A DNA stretch of 64,000 nucleotides, from assembly GCF_000143415.4 (NCBI RefSeq), contig NW_003314276.1, positions 1,308,366 to 1,372,365 on the forward strand. Reading direction: 5' to 3'. Shown one piece after another: positions 1 through 11,472 of the stretch (the stretch's first letter is position 1; the number at the start of each line of letters is the position of its first letter). The stretch is from Selaginella moellendorffii (lineage: Eukaryota; Plantae; Lycopodiophyta). The notes under the pieces were generated by a model that had not been told where the DNA came from, made no database searches, and saw nothing but the letters and a program-made list of their open reading frames with translations. The translations under genes were made by a program, and so were the position numbers.

Positions 1-744
1 TTGGCGCACTTGTTTAAGAAATTCCTGCTTTTTTGGCTTTTCCCAATACATCTAGGTGGGAGAAAAGATTCTTAGTATCACTTTTATCTCCACCGTTCTC
101 ATGCAGATACCTTTGATTTGGCGTGAAAGAAACTGCACACGAACCAACCTTTTCGAGCTTAAATTTCTCTCACTTATCGCAAAAGAATGAAACTCTTTTG
201 AAGGGAAAAGAGCATGGAGATGAGAGGGAGAATAAACAATTAATGCTACAACTCTCGTGATTAATCAGCGCCACTCGCTCATAACCCTATTCATTTCAAC
301 AGTATTATTCCTCTCACAATCAATTATACAATTAATATCTAAAGCATTGAATGATTGTCTCCTTGGAAAGAACATGTGAAATCTATGTTCATAGTGGATT
401 TGTCCAATAAATATATCCAAGTACTGTTAAAAAATTGACATATCACTAGAATCTAGAAAGCAATTGCCATTAAAGAGAATGAAAATCATGACCATTGATC
501 ATGACTGTTGATTGTTACCATTGATTGTGACCGTTAATTTTTAGGGTTTTACTACTAGGGTTTGAGCAAGGAAGGGCGAGAGAAAAATACTTGAATGCTT
601 CAAGATGCTTCTCAATCAAGACGCTAGATGCTCTTCAAGAAAGACACATCTCAATCAAGGTATGCCTCTCTCTACTACTTTTCCATTTCCCCATCTTTTG
701 CTCCTATCTCGCAAGTAACTTGCGCCTCACGGCTACTTCGCGCT

Positions 745-1300
745 GGAATGATCGGTTCGGCAGCAAACCAATCTTCCCAGCACATCAGATTCTGGGTTTT
801 TTTTCCTTGTCATTCCATTGGCGCTAAGAAGATCGATACGGCGACGAAGCGATCTTCCTAGCACATTAGATTCTGGGTTTTTTTTTTTTCTTGTTTTTCC
901 ATTGGTGATGAGAAGATTGGTTCGGCGACGAACCAATCTTCCCAGCGCCAAGAGAACTGCTTCTTTTCTTCTTTTTTTTGTTCCCTTGGCACTGAGAAGA
1001 TCGGTTTGGCGACAAACCAATCTTCCCAATGCCAAGGGAACTTCTTCTTTTCTACTTTTTTTTTGTTCCCTTGGCACTGAGAAGATCAGTTTAGCGACAA
1101 ACCAATCTTCTCAGCTCCAAAGGAACTGCTTCTTTTCTTCTTTTTTTTGTTCCCTTGGCACTGAGAAGATCAGTTGAGCAATGAACCAATCTTCCCAGCA
1201 CCAAGGGATCTGCTTCTTTTCTTCTTTTTTTTGTTCCCTTGGTGCTGAGAAGATCGGTTCGGTGACGAACTAATCTTCCTAGTGCCAAGGGAATTGCTTC
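745..1300. repeat. ~84-bp tandem repeat x7 made of nested inverted repeats
   Basis: Units start near 745, 828, 912, 996, 1081, 1165, 1248. Each has a GAAGATYGGTTCG-GCGA-CGAACCAATCTTC-type hairpin; later units add CCAAGGGAAC...GTTCCCTTGG around a T-rich loop. Confidence 0.9.
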
Positions 1301-1343
1301 GTGGTTTTTTTAATTTTTATTCAAGTTTATTCATCATTTTCAT

Positions 1344-2330
1344 GCAGATATATAAATCATGCCACAACAGAAGAAGTGTGCCGGTCAACCTCAATGGACC
1401 CGTTATCCAGAAAAATGACTAGATTGTTGTGCTAGATTCACTAGGGACACCTCACAAGTTCAAAGCACTGCTTTGGAGGAAAACCATGGTGGGAGCAGTG
1501 GTGTCCAGATCCAAGTAATGGTTGATCCTGACCCATGTGTTAGCATGCAGAAGCTAGATGGTTCTAGAGAGCGTGGAAATGTAGAAGCTAGCTATAGCAC
1601 AGGAGAAGCTGCTAATGGTAGTGTCATAGGTGGTAATGCAGAACTTGGTGGCAAAAATGAGGCACCTAGTGCTATAGGTGGTGGGGCAGATCTTGGTGGT
1701 GGAAATGGCAAACATGTTGTTGCTCCTAAAGGTCACAGAAATGAGATGGTAACTATGCTAGAGGCCGACACGATCTTGAATGAGCAAGTATGCAAGACTA
1801 TTATCCAGGCTCAAGAAATTTTTTTAATATTTACTTAAGTGTTTTTGTTCTTTTTAAGCAGACATATAAATCATGCCACAATAGAAGAAGCATGCTAGTT
1901 AACCTCAATGAACCCATTCTCCAGGAAAATGACTAGATTGTTGTGCTAGATTCACTAGGGACACCTCACAAGTTCAAAGTGCTGCTTCGGAGGAAGACCA
2001 TAGTAGGAGCAGTGGTGTCCAGATCCAAGTAATGGTTGATCCTGATCCAAGTGTTAGCATGTAGGAGCCAGATGGTTCTAGAGAGCGTGGAAAAGCAGAA
2101 GCTAACTATAGCACAGGAGAAGTTGTTAGTGGTAGTGCCATAGGTGGTGGTGTGGAACTTGGCGGCAGAAATGAGGCACTTAGTGCTATAGGTGGTGGGG
2201 CAGATCTTGGTGGTGGAAATGGTGAACATGTTGCTGCTCCTGAAGGTCACAGAAATGAGATGGTAACTATGCTAGAGGTTGACACGATCTTGAATGAGCG
2301 AGTACACGAGACTATTGTTAAGGCTCAAGA
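1344..2330 (+). repeat. 514-bp tandem duplication of the first coding segment of the ParB-MTase gene
   Basis: TATAAATCATGCCACAA at ATG 1359 and ATG 1873; the units are colinear up to GGCTCAAGAA. Confidence 0.9.
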
Positions 2331-2871
2331 AGGAACTATCAGCAGGATGTTAGGTGAAATGGCTTGGAAAGGATCCCAACATCTTGAGATTCCACTTTGC
2401 CGTCTTAAGCAGAGTCACTGGGTGTGCTCAGCTTACGACCTCAACATGGCTATTTATACCTCTTTCACATAGGTTGGATTCAGGCACACTACTGGATCAT
2501 TTATTGTGTCGTCATCATTCCCCAAAACAAATCACATAGACATGGTTACTCACAAGATTGAGTAGACTTGGGATCAAATATGGCAGAGGAAATCTCAAGA
2601 GTTTGATACTTTGATGGCGTGCCACATAGAGACACAAGCCTTTGTAGGCTGGATTTTCTTCATTATTGATGGAAACCACCGGTGGCTTGCATTTTGGAGA
2701 TGTATCCAAGAGAAGTTCCAAGACAATGACAAGTGACATATTTATGTTCTAGTGACACTTGTGGAGCCACATGATCAAAACCAAGCTGTGAGGCTCAACT
2801 TGGCATGTCACAAGATCAACATGTAAGAATCTTTTACTAGTAACCTTTATTATCACCAACTATGTTACAGG

Positions 2872-5308
2872 TGTAATCGACTAAATTTTCCATTCTACTT
2901 TAGTCACTTAACCACACCTCTGACCACTTGGAGGAATCTCATTCACAACCTCCCTACGTCCAATCCAGGACTTGGGACTTGCTAGCCCCGAGAATGGCAT
3001 CCATGCCACTCAACATTTGCACTTGGTCCAAGTGCTCCACGTGTCCGATCCCATGATCGACAACCAAAGGTACCACTGACATCTCGGCCCGTTACGCTAA
3101 GGCCATGCCCATTCACCTTTGCTGCGCAAATGGTCCAATACCACTTGCATCACCATCCCGTCTCTCCAAGACTGGGCCATCTGTCTACGAGGGGTCATCC
3201 TAGATCCACTCGTTAGCATCCTTAGGATGCCCACAGACCTGGGGAATCGCCTTCCCCAAAGTCCCTTTGTCAGTTCCTATCAAGTCCCTTTCTGCCCCTG
3301 GCCGTGTTTGCCAACACTGCCACTGGATCGAGGCCCACAGGCCCGACCACTAAGTCCCACGGTCCTCTGGGACTTCCTCACCACACGACTGTGTCCTTGG
3401 TCACTACCCCAGAGGACTGCTCCTCTTCCTTTCCACAGTCTGGGCCTTTGGGACGACATTTCGGAACACCGTGGCCTTACGCGAGCCACCTAGGTACTCT
3501 CCCCACCTATCGCCTTTAGGTGCTCTAGCCATGGGCTTAGAGCGAGGTTCCGTTGAGCCACGCCTGGTATCCAAGTAGGTAGTGCCACCCACACTTGGAC
3601 TGGGAGCATCGGCCAGTCGATCTCCCAGGGGAACTAGAGCCGGCTCTTGAACACTTCACCAAGCTACCCCGCTTGTCGGTCCGTATTCACTCTAGTCTTG
3701 GACTTCCCAGTGGTCAGTTCATCACCCAACACTGGGTCTGGCCTTCTTGGGCCAAACTGGCCTTTCCTGGCCAAACTGGCTCCACTGCAGTCCTCCCCCT
3801 ACTATACTTTTGGAGCTCACCAAACCCCCCAGGGTCTGGGAGACGAACGCTTTGGGCTTTCACCCTCTCAGGCTCCGGACTCGGACTCGGACTCGGACTC
3901 GGACTCGGGCTCGGACTCGGGCTCGGGCTCGGTCTCGGCCTCGGCCTCGGTCTCGGTCTCGGTCCCGATCTCGGTCTCGGTCTCGGTCTCGGTCCCGGTC
4001 TCGGTCTCGACTTCGGACTCCATCTCGGACTCCATCTCGGACTCCATCTCGGACTCCATCTCGGACTCCATCTCGGGTCCATCTCGGACTCCATCTCGGA
4101 CTCCATTTCAGGTCCATCTCGGGTCCACCTCGGACTCCACCTCGGACTCCATCTCGGACTCCATCTCGGACTCCACTTTGGACTCCACTTCGGACTCCAA
4201 CTCGGGTCCATCTCGGGTCCACTTCGGACTCCAACTCGAGTCCATCTCGGACTCCACTTCGGACTCCAAGTCGAGTCCATCTCGGACACTCCCACGTGTC
4301 ATGTGTTGGTCCTTTTGGGTCCCTTTTTGGAGCCTCGCCTTTTGCTCGCTTCGTGCTCGTTCCTCGAGCACTTCGTTGGGAGTTCCACTCCCGCTCTTGA
4401 CTTTTCAAGTCGGAGCTTTTGGTCCAAACGTGTTACGCTCGTTTGGCTCTCGCTTCGGCCACTACCATGTGGCGCCCTTCCAGCTCCACTTTGGGGCCTA
4501 GGGATTTTGTGTCTCACACTCAGGTCCATCTCGGACTCCATTTCAGGTCCATCTCAGGTCCATCTCGGACTCCATCTCGGACTCCATCTCGGACTCCATC
4601 TCGGGTCCATCTCGGACTCCACTTCGGACTCCAACTCGGGTCCACCTCGGACTCCACTTCGGACTCCATCTCGGACACTCCCACATGTCATGTGTTGGTC
4701 CTTTTGGGTCCCTTTTTGGAGCCTTGCCTTTTGCTCGCTTCGTGCTCGTTCCTCGAGCACTTCGTTGGGAGTTCCACTCCCGCTCTTGACTTTTCAAGTC
4801 GGAGCTTTTGGTCCAAACGTGTTACGCTCGTTTGGCTCTCGCTTCGGCCACTACCATGTGGCGCCCTTCCAGCTCCACTTTGGGGCCTAGGGATTTTGTG
4901 TCTCACACTCAGGTCCATCTCGGACTCCATCTCGGACTCCATTTCGGGTCCATCTCGGGTCCATCTCGGACTCCATCTCGGACTCCATCTCGGACTCCAT
5001 CTCGGGTCCATCTCGGACTCCACTTCGGACTCCAACTCGGGTCCACCTCGGACTCCACTTCAGACTCCATCTCGGACACTCCCACGTGTCATGTGTTGGT
5101 CCTTTTGGGTCCCTTTTTGGAGCCTCGCCTTTTGCTCGCTTCGTGCTCATTCCTCGAGCACTTCGTTGGGAGTTCCACTCCCGCTCTTGACTTTTCAAGT
5201 CGGAGCTTTTGGTCCAAACGTGTTACGCTCGTTTGGCTCTCGCTTCGGCCACTACCATGTGGCGCCCTTCCGGCTCCACTTTGGGGCTTAGGGATTTTGT
5301 GTCTCACA
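2872..5308 (-). repeat. 3' LTR of LARD copy 1, with 6-bp (GGACTC/GGTCTC) and 12-bp (GGACTCCATCTC) arrays and 3 copies of the terminal ~400-bp module
   Basis: Direct repeat of 9413-11472; terminus GGGATTTTGTGTCTCACA ends at 4518, 4907 and 5308. Confidence 0.95.
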
Positions 5309-8300
5309 ACTCCACCACCCATAGACGAAGTTCGATGTCCTCATCGAACGGTGAACCATTTTATAAAGTAACACCCGCATGTGTTACCATTTCCATTCTT
5401 GGCACGTAGCCAATATTTGTCAATGGTGTGACATTGAAGGCTCACCATGCCTTCTCCATATTCGTCAATGGTTGGACATTGAAGGCTCACCATGCCTTTT
5501 GCATATCCTCTAAGGAGGGTAGTCTCTCCAACTTAGAGACTGATTGGACCACATATAGTGGTTCTCTCCTTTTATTGGTTTAGTTCTCGCTAAACCTCTT
5601 AGAGACCCTTCTCTAAGTCAATCCCACTACTCCTTCTCGAATAGTCTCAATTTCCATCAATATAACCTTTGCACTTTGGAACTTTGAATTTTGACTTCTT
5701 GGAGTCAATTTCCTAGGTGTCTCCGACACCTTGCATTGCACCTTTTGTGCAACTCCACTTCCCATCCTAGGAAGTTCTTTACTCGAGGGCACCATCATCC
5801 TCTCTTCTATTTCGTGCCAAAGTTCCAGTTATCATACTTTGTGCTAGGGCTGTTCATGGCCCTATCATTTGGCTACCTTACCGCTCCCTCCTTTGGAGCT
5901 TCCACTTTCGCCAAACCGGAGCATTTCGGAATCCCTCCTTGGAAACACACTTCCTTTCCCGCAACTTGTTAGCGTCCAACACATTAGTGTTCCTCGCCTA
6001 ACTTTGTCACTTGGATTCCTCCCAAGGAATTCCACGGCCCTATCTTGGCCACTCATCTTTTGCTCCTATCCGTTGATTGTTGCACCAAGCAACATCGAAT
6101 CTCTACCTCCCTCCTTGAGGTATTGTTTCGGTTCCATAGCAAAGACTCTTCTTTGCCAAGTCCGGAGGATGTTCACCCCTAGTACGTCTCTTTAGCATCT
6201 TCTGCTATGGGCTCTATCCACGGCCCAACTTCGTGACCCTCCCATGGGTCTTTCATAGAGACTACTTTCCTCGGACTCACTATGCCATCTCACGGACATA
6301 GTTTATTTCCCTTAGGTGCTCTTCCCACTTGGTCATCACGACCAAGCCACACCACCTTAAACAGTTCAATTTCAACATTTTGAACCAGGAACTTCATTCC
6401 TTAGCCAACCAAGGACCTTGTCCTTATCTGGCCATAAGATCACTTAGTGATCTCACCTTGGCACCTTAACAGAGTTGCCAAGAGGTACTTGGTCTTCTAG
6501 ACCTCCAAGTTGTTGACTATAACCCCAGGGGCATCCCCCACACTTGGCGGTGCACCCAAGCCAGCCCTTACGGCCAAGGGTTCATAGCAACTGAGATTAG
6601 GTGTCCCCATCTCACTCACCACGACCTTGGTGCCACTTGCACCAAAGCGTTCAAGTTAGATATGCCGAGCTTTCACACTAAGCAATCTAACCGTGCATCA
6701 CGACTCCGAGGCATCCCTCGCTTGGCAGTGTGCCCAAACCAGTCTCCCCACTGAGAGTCCATGACCACCGAAATATGAGTGTCCTCATATTCCAAACCAT
6801 CACCATGCCCTAGTGATTTGGGACTCAAACCCAAGCACTAGAGGGTCGGGACTCGAACCCAACCTCCGTATATGCATCTACGGACGGCATCACACAAGAT
6901 GCCTGGCGTGACTCCCCACGCCGGTGCACCAACTTATTTTTTAAAGCGCGCTACAGATCACAGCTTAGGAACCTAGTTCCTCCACACTGCCAAGTCCTCT
7001 CACTTGACATGTCTGTGATCATGCATGGACTCCTCCATGCTCGGCCCCATGGCCCACCCTTTTTGAAGTTATCACCTTCAACTAGGGTATTTGTTCCCCC
7101 GACGTGCCAATCTCGCTTGGCAAGTCCTCCGACCACTGTAACATGGTTCCTGTATAAGCGTGAAAGCCCTTGACCATCGACTTTCGTTCAAAACCCTCTC
7201 TTTGAACACTCGGGAACTACTTCCCTAACCTTGATAGCCTTGCCTCATGGCAAGCTTCAAGACCACGCTTCTGCTGCGCCACTCTGATTTCGTGCGTTTC
7301 ATGAACCATTTACACTTGGCCTTTCTAGGTACTAAGCTACCTAGAATCGTCTTTGGGAATCTTGAAGGAACTCTGTCCCTCAGCTTGCTAAGGCCTCCTT
7401 TTTTGCAAGCCTTCCAAATGCCACATAGTCTAACATGGACAATTCCATATTTTAGACTCTCCATGGCATCACGGTTGTTAGCGGCAACACCCTCGAGCCC
7501 CCACTTGATTCTCCACTCCCAGCTGGCATAACGAACCTTGGTTATGCCCTTTGATTCCTACGGTTCGGTTCTATCCCCTTACTTCTTGCTTTTTGGCTTC
7601 ACACCTTTCCTTTGGTCATTCTCCTCCAGACCAGGAGGATAGCTTTGCACTTTCGTTCATGCTTTAGCAAGTATTCTTAGGGATGAACTTACCCAATAGC
7701 CTAGGGAGTGGTTCCTCGATCCGGATATGCTCACCTTATAATCCCACACACTGGGATTACATTGTTGCTTATGGGCCTTTACATGCCCATCACTAGCCTT
7801 GCCAAAATTCCATTTTTGGCTTTGTCCAACTCGGGTAGACAGTCCTTTCCTGTCTCCGCAACCTTGGACATTTGGATAGCACCTTCTATCCATCATTCGC
7901 TAGGGACTTAGTCCCTTGGGCTTTATCCATTGCCCTCGCGACATCAAACACCACCTTCTGGTGTTCTACAGTTTTCGGGTGTCCCAATGATGGCTTTCTT
8001 GACAATGAGTATTTCCTTTTATGACATTGACTTACTATATCGCAACACAAGCAACTTATCCCCCGTAAGGGTATATCCAACTTCCCTATGCTATTAAGAA
8101 GTCTTGGGTAGCTACCTTCTACCCGTTTAACCAGTTATTTTGCACCTCTTGCTTAGTTGCCTCATAGTTGTCAAGTCCTACAACTCATTGCTTGGTGCTT
8201 TCACACCTCCATCATCATCTGGATCACCACACTCCAACTGCATGCTCTGCAGCTTAGGCTATGCTATTCCCATTTCCATTGGGATTCCTTTGGCAAGGGG

Positions 8301-9412
8301 TTCTCATGAACCCACCAACATAGCCTCAAGGTATCACACCTTGGCACATTTGGTGTCTCCACACCATCGGCTCCACGAGCCTACCTCTATGACATTTCCC
8401 CTTCATGTCTAAGTCTTTGCCAAGACCAACACCGCTCTTTCTCATGCCAACCATCCGTTAGCACTGCACCACAGAGGTCACACACAACTTTATGTCAAAG
8501 TTGTTTTCTTCTGGGAACACCTTTCCCATAACTTTAGAATGGCATATTTTGCCATCGATAAGATACCCTCTGTTCTCATCCTTGGATCCTATGATCCCCC
8601 CCCCCCATCCTTTGTGGGGTACAACACACCTCAGTTCAAATGCTTCCATCAGTCCTTTTAGGACCATCCGTTGACTCTACTTGAGTCATCCAGCAGTTTT
8701 GGACTTGGTTAATCCACAGACCCGTAAGGTCCTACTTGTGAGGCACTAGCTCACTGGAATACACTTCTTGCATTCCTGTCCTACTCAAAAGGACTATTTT
8801 CACAAGTGTTACTCCGACACTTGATTTTGTTCTCTGGGGCAACTTTTGCCCCTTAGGACTACTTGTCCATGTGATGAGAACACCAACTCATCCACTTAAT
8901 ACACCCCCAACTCCTTGGGTTGTTGCAGCATTTATTAGAGGTAGCCCTGGCTACCTTTTCAAGGGCTTGAGTCCTCTTCCGTATTTGACCTCCCACGGTC
9001 ATTACTTCTGGTCTCACATTCATGAGCACCAACCTCAACTATATGAGGAAAATCTTGTGACTCTTTTATTGCTTTGGAGTTTTTATCTTTCCCGTGATCC
9101 CAACTGTAGTTGTTTACCACAACTACATTAGCCAGTTTGCTAAGTCAAACGCTCATCTGGATCACATCCTCAACTTTTTTGAGGAAAACCATATACTGTT
9201 CCCAAGATCCCAAAGTCGTTCCATTATTGGCCCTTTTCTATCCACCACCTCGTCTACAAGTTCACACATGAACTGTAATGGAGAGCCATGTCTTCCCGAC
9301 TTGTTACTCCTCAAGGATAGGCCCACTCCTCGGACCTTCCGATGCCAACACTAGTGGTGATATACTTGAGCACCAATAAAAGTCGGACTAAGGAACAGCT
9401 CCGATACCAAGT

Positions 9413-11472
9413 TGTAAGCGACTAAATTTTCCATTCTACTTTAGTCACTTAACCACACCTCTGACCACTTGGAGGAATCTCATTCACAACCTCCCTACGT
9501 CCAATCCAAGACTTGGGACTTGCTAGCCCCGAGAATGGCATCCATGCCACTCAACATTTGCACTTGGTCCAAGTGCTCCACGTGTCCGATCCCATGATCG
9601 ACAACCAAAGGTACCACTGACATCTCGGCCCGTTACCCTAAGGCCATGCCCATTCACCTTTGCTGCGCAAATGGTCCAATACCACTTGCATCACCATCCC
9701 GTCTCTCCAAGACTGGGCCATCTGTCTACGAGGGGTCATCCTAGATCCACTTGTTAGCATCCTTAGGATGCCCACAGACCTGGGGAATCGCCTTCCCCAA
9801 AGTCCCTTTGTCAGTTCCTATCAAGTCCCTTTCTGCCCCTGGCCGTGTTTGCCAACACTGCCACTGGATCGAGGCCCACAGGCCCGACCACTAAGTCCCA
9901 CGGTCCTCTGGGACTTCCTCACCACACAACTGTGTCCTTGGTCACTACCCCAGAGGACTGCTCCTCTTCCTTTCCACAGTCTGGGCCTTTGGGACGACAT
10001 TTCGGAACACCGTGGCCTTACGCGAGCCACCTAGGTACTCTCCCCACCTATTGCCTTTAGGTGCTCTAGCCATGGGCTTAGAGCGAGGTTCCGTTGAGCC
10101 ACGCCTGGTATCCAAGTAGGTAGTGCCACCCACACTTGGACTGGGAGCATCGGCCAGTCAATCTCCCGGGGGAACTAGAGCCGGCTCTTGAACACTTCAC
10201 CAAGCTACCCCGCTTGTCGGTCCGTATTCACTCTAGTCTTGGACTTCCCAGTGGTCAGTTCATCACCCAACACTGGGTCTGGCCTTCCTAGGCCAAACTG
10301 GCCTTTTCTGGCCAAACTGGCTCCACTGCAGTCCTCCCCCTACTATACTTTTGGAGCTCACCAAACCCCCTAGGGTCTGGGAGACGAACGCTTTGGGCTT
10401 TCACCCTCTCAGGCTCCGGACTCGGACTCGGACTCGGACTCGGACTCGGGCTCGGGCTCGGTCTCGGCCTCGGCCTCGGTCTCGATCTCGGTCCCGATCT
10501 CGGTCTCGGTCTCGGTCTCGGTCCCGGTCTCGGTCTCGACTTCGGACTCCATCTCGGACTCCATCTCAGACTCCATCTCGGACTCCATCTCGGACTCCAT
10601 CTCGGGTCCATCTCGGGTCCATCTCGGACTCCATCTCGGACTCCATTTCGGGTCCATCTCGGGTCCACCTCGGACTCCACCTCGGACTCCATCTCGGACT
10701 CCATCTCGGACTCCACTTCAGACTCCACCTCGGACTCCATCTCGGACTCCATCTCGGACTCCACTTCGGACTCCACTTCGGACTCCAACTCGGGTCCATC
10801 TCGGGTCCACTTCGGACTCCAACTCGAGTCCATCTCGGACACTCCCACGTGTCATGTGTTGGTCCTTTTGGGTCCCTTTTTGGAGCCTCGCCTTTTGCTC
10901 GCTTCGTGCTCGTTCCTCGAGCACTTCGTTGGGAGTTCCACTCCCGCTCTTGACTTTTCAAGTCGGAGCTTTTGGTCCAAACGTGTTACGCTCGTTTGGC
11001 TCTCGCTTCGGCCACTACCATGTGGCGCCCTTCCAGCTCCACTTTGGGGCCTAGGGATTTTGTGTCTCACACTCAGGTCCATCTCGGACTCCATCTCGGA
11101 CTCCATTTCGGGTCCATCTCGGGTCCATCTCAGACTCCATCTCGGACTCCATCTCGGACTCCATCTCGGGTCCATCTCGGACTCCACTTCGGACTCCAAC
11201 TCGGGTCCACCTCGGACTCCACTTCGGACTCCATCTCGGACACTCCCACGTGTCATGTGTTGGTCCTTTTGGGTCCCTTTTTGGAGCCTCGCCTTTTGCT
11301 CGCTTCGTGCTCGTTCCTCGAGCACTTCGTTGGGAGTTCCACTCCCGCTCTTGACTTTTCAAGTCGGAGCTTTTGGTCCAAACGTGTTACGCTCGTTTGG
11401 CTCTCGCTTCGGCCACTACCATGTGGCGCCCTTCCGGCTCCACTTTGGGGCTTAGGGATTTTGTGTCTCACA
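9413..11472 (-). repeat. 5' LTR of LARD copy 1, with 2 copies of the terminal module
   Basis: Adjacent to the PBS; terminus copies end at 11071 and 11472. Confidence 0.95.

Larger units (their letters stand above)
2872..11472 (-). mobile_element. Complete non-autonomous LTR retroelement (LARD-like), copy 1
   Basis: TG...CA ends; 5-bp TSD ACAGG (2867-2871 and 11473-11477); LTRs 2872-5308 and 9413-11472; minus-strand PBS TGGTATCGGAGC at 9398-9409; PPT GGGTGGTGGAGT at 5309-5320; 4.1-kb interior with no recognisable gag/pol. Confidence 0.95.

Noticed and set aside
745-1300. CRISPR-like appearance of palindromic repeats
   Set aside because: The intervening sequences are themselves repeated, not unique spacers; eukaryotic context with no cas genes.
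3595-5371. Long ORFs (LGLGLG, SDSIS, RSRS, MESE, PRWS), also at 10288-11630, 33507-34263 and 38642-39942
   Set aside because: Open in many frames only because the 6/12-bp LTR microsatellites lack stop codons; not genes.
6848-6859. tRNA gene (also 37784-37795)
   Set aside because: Only a T-loop-like 12-mer; no cloverleaf seen.
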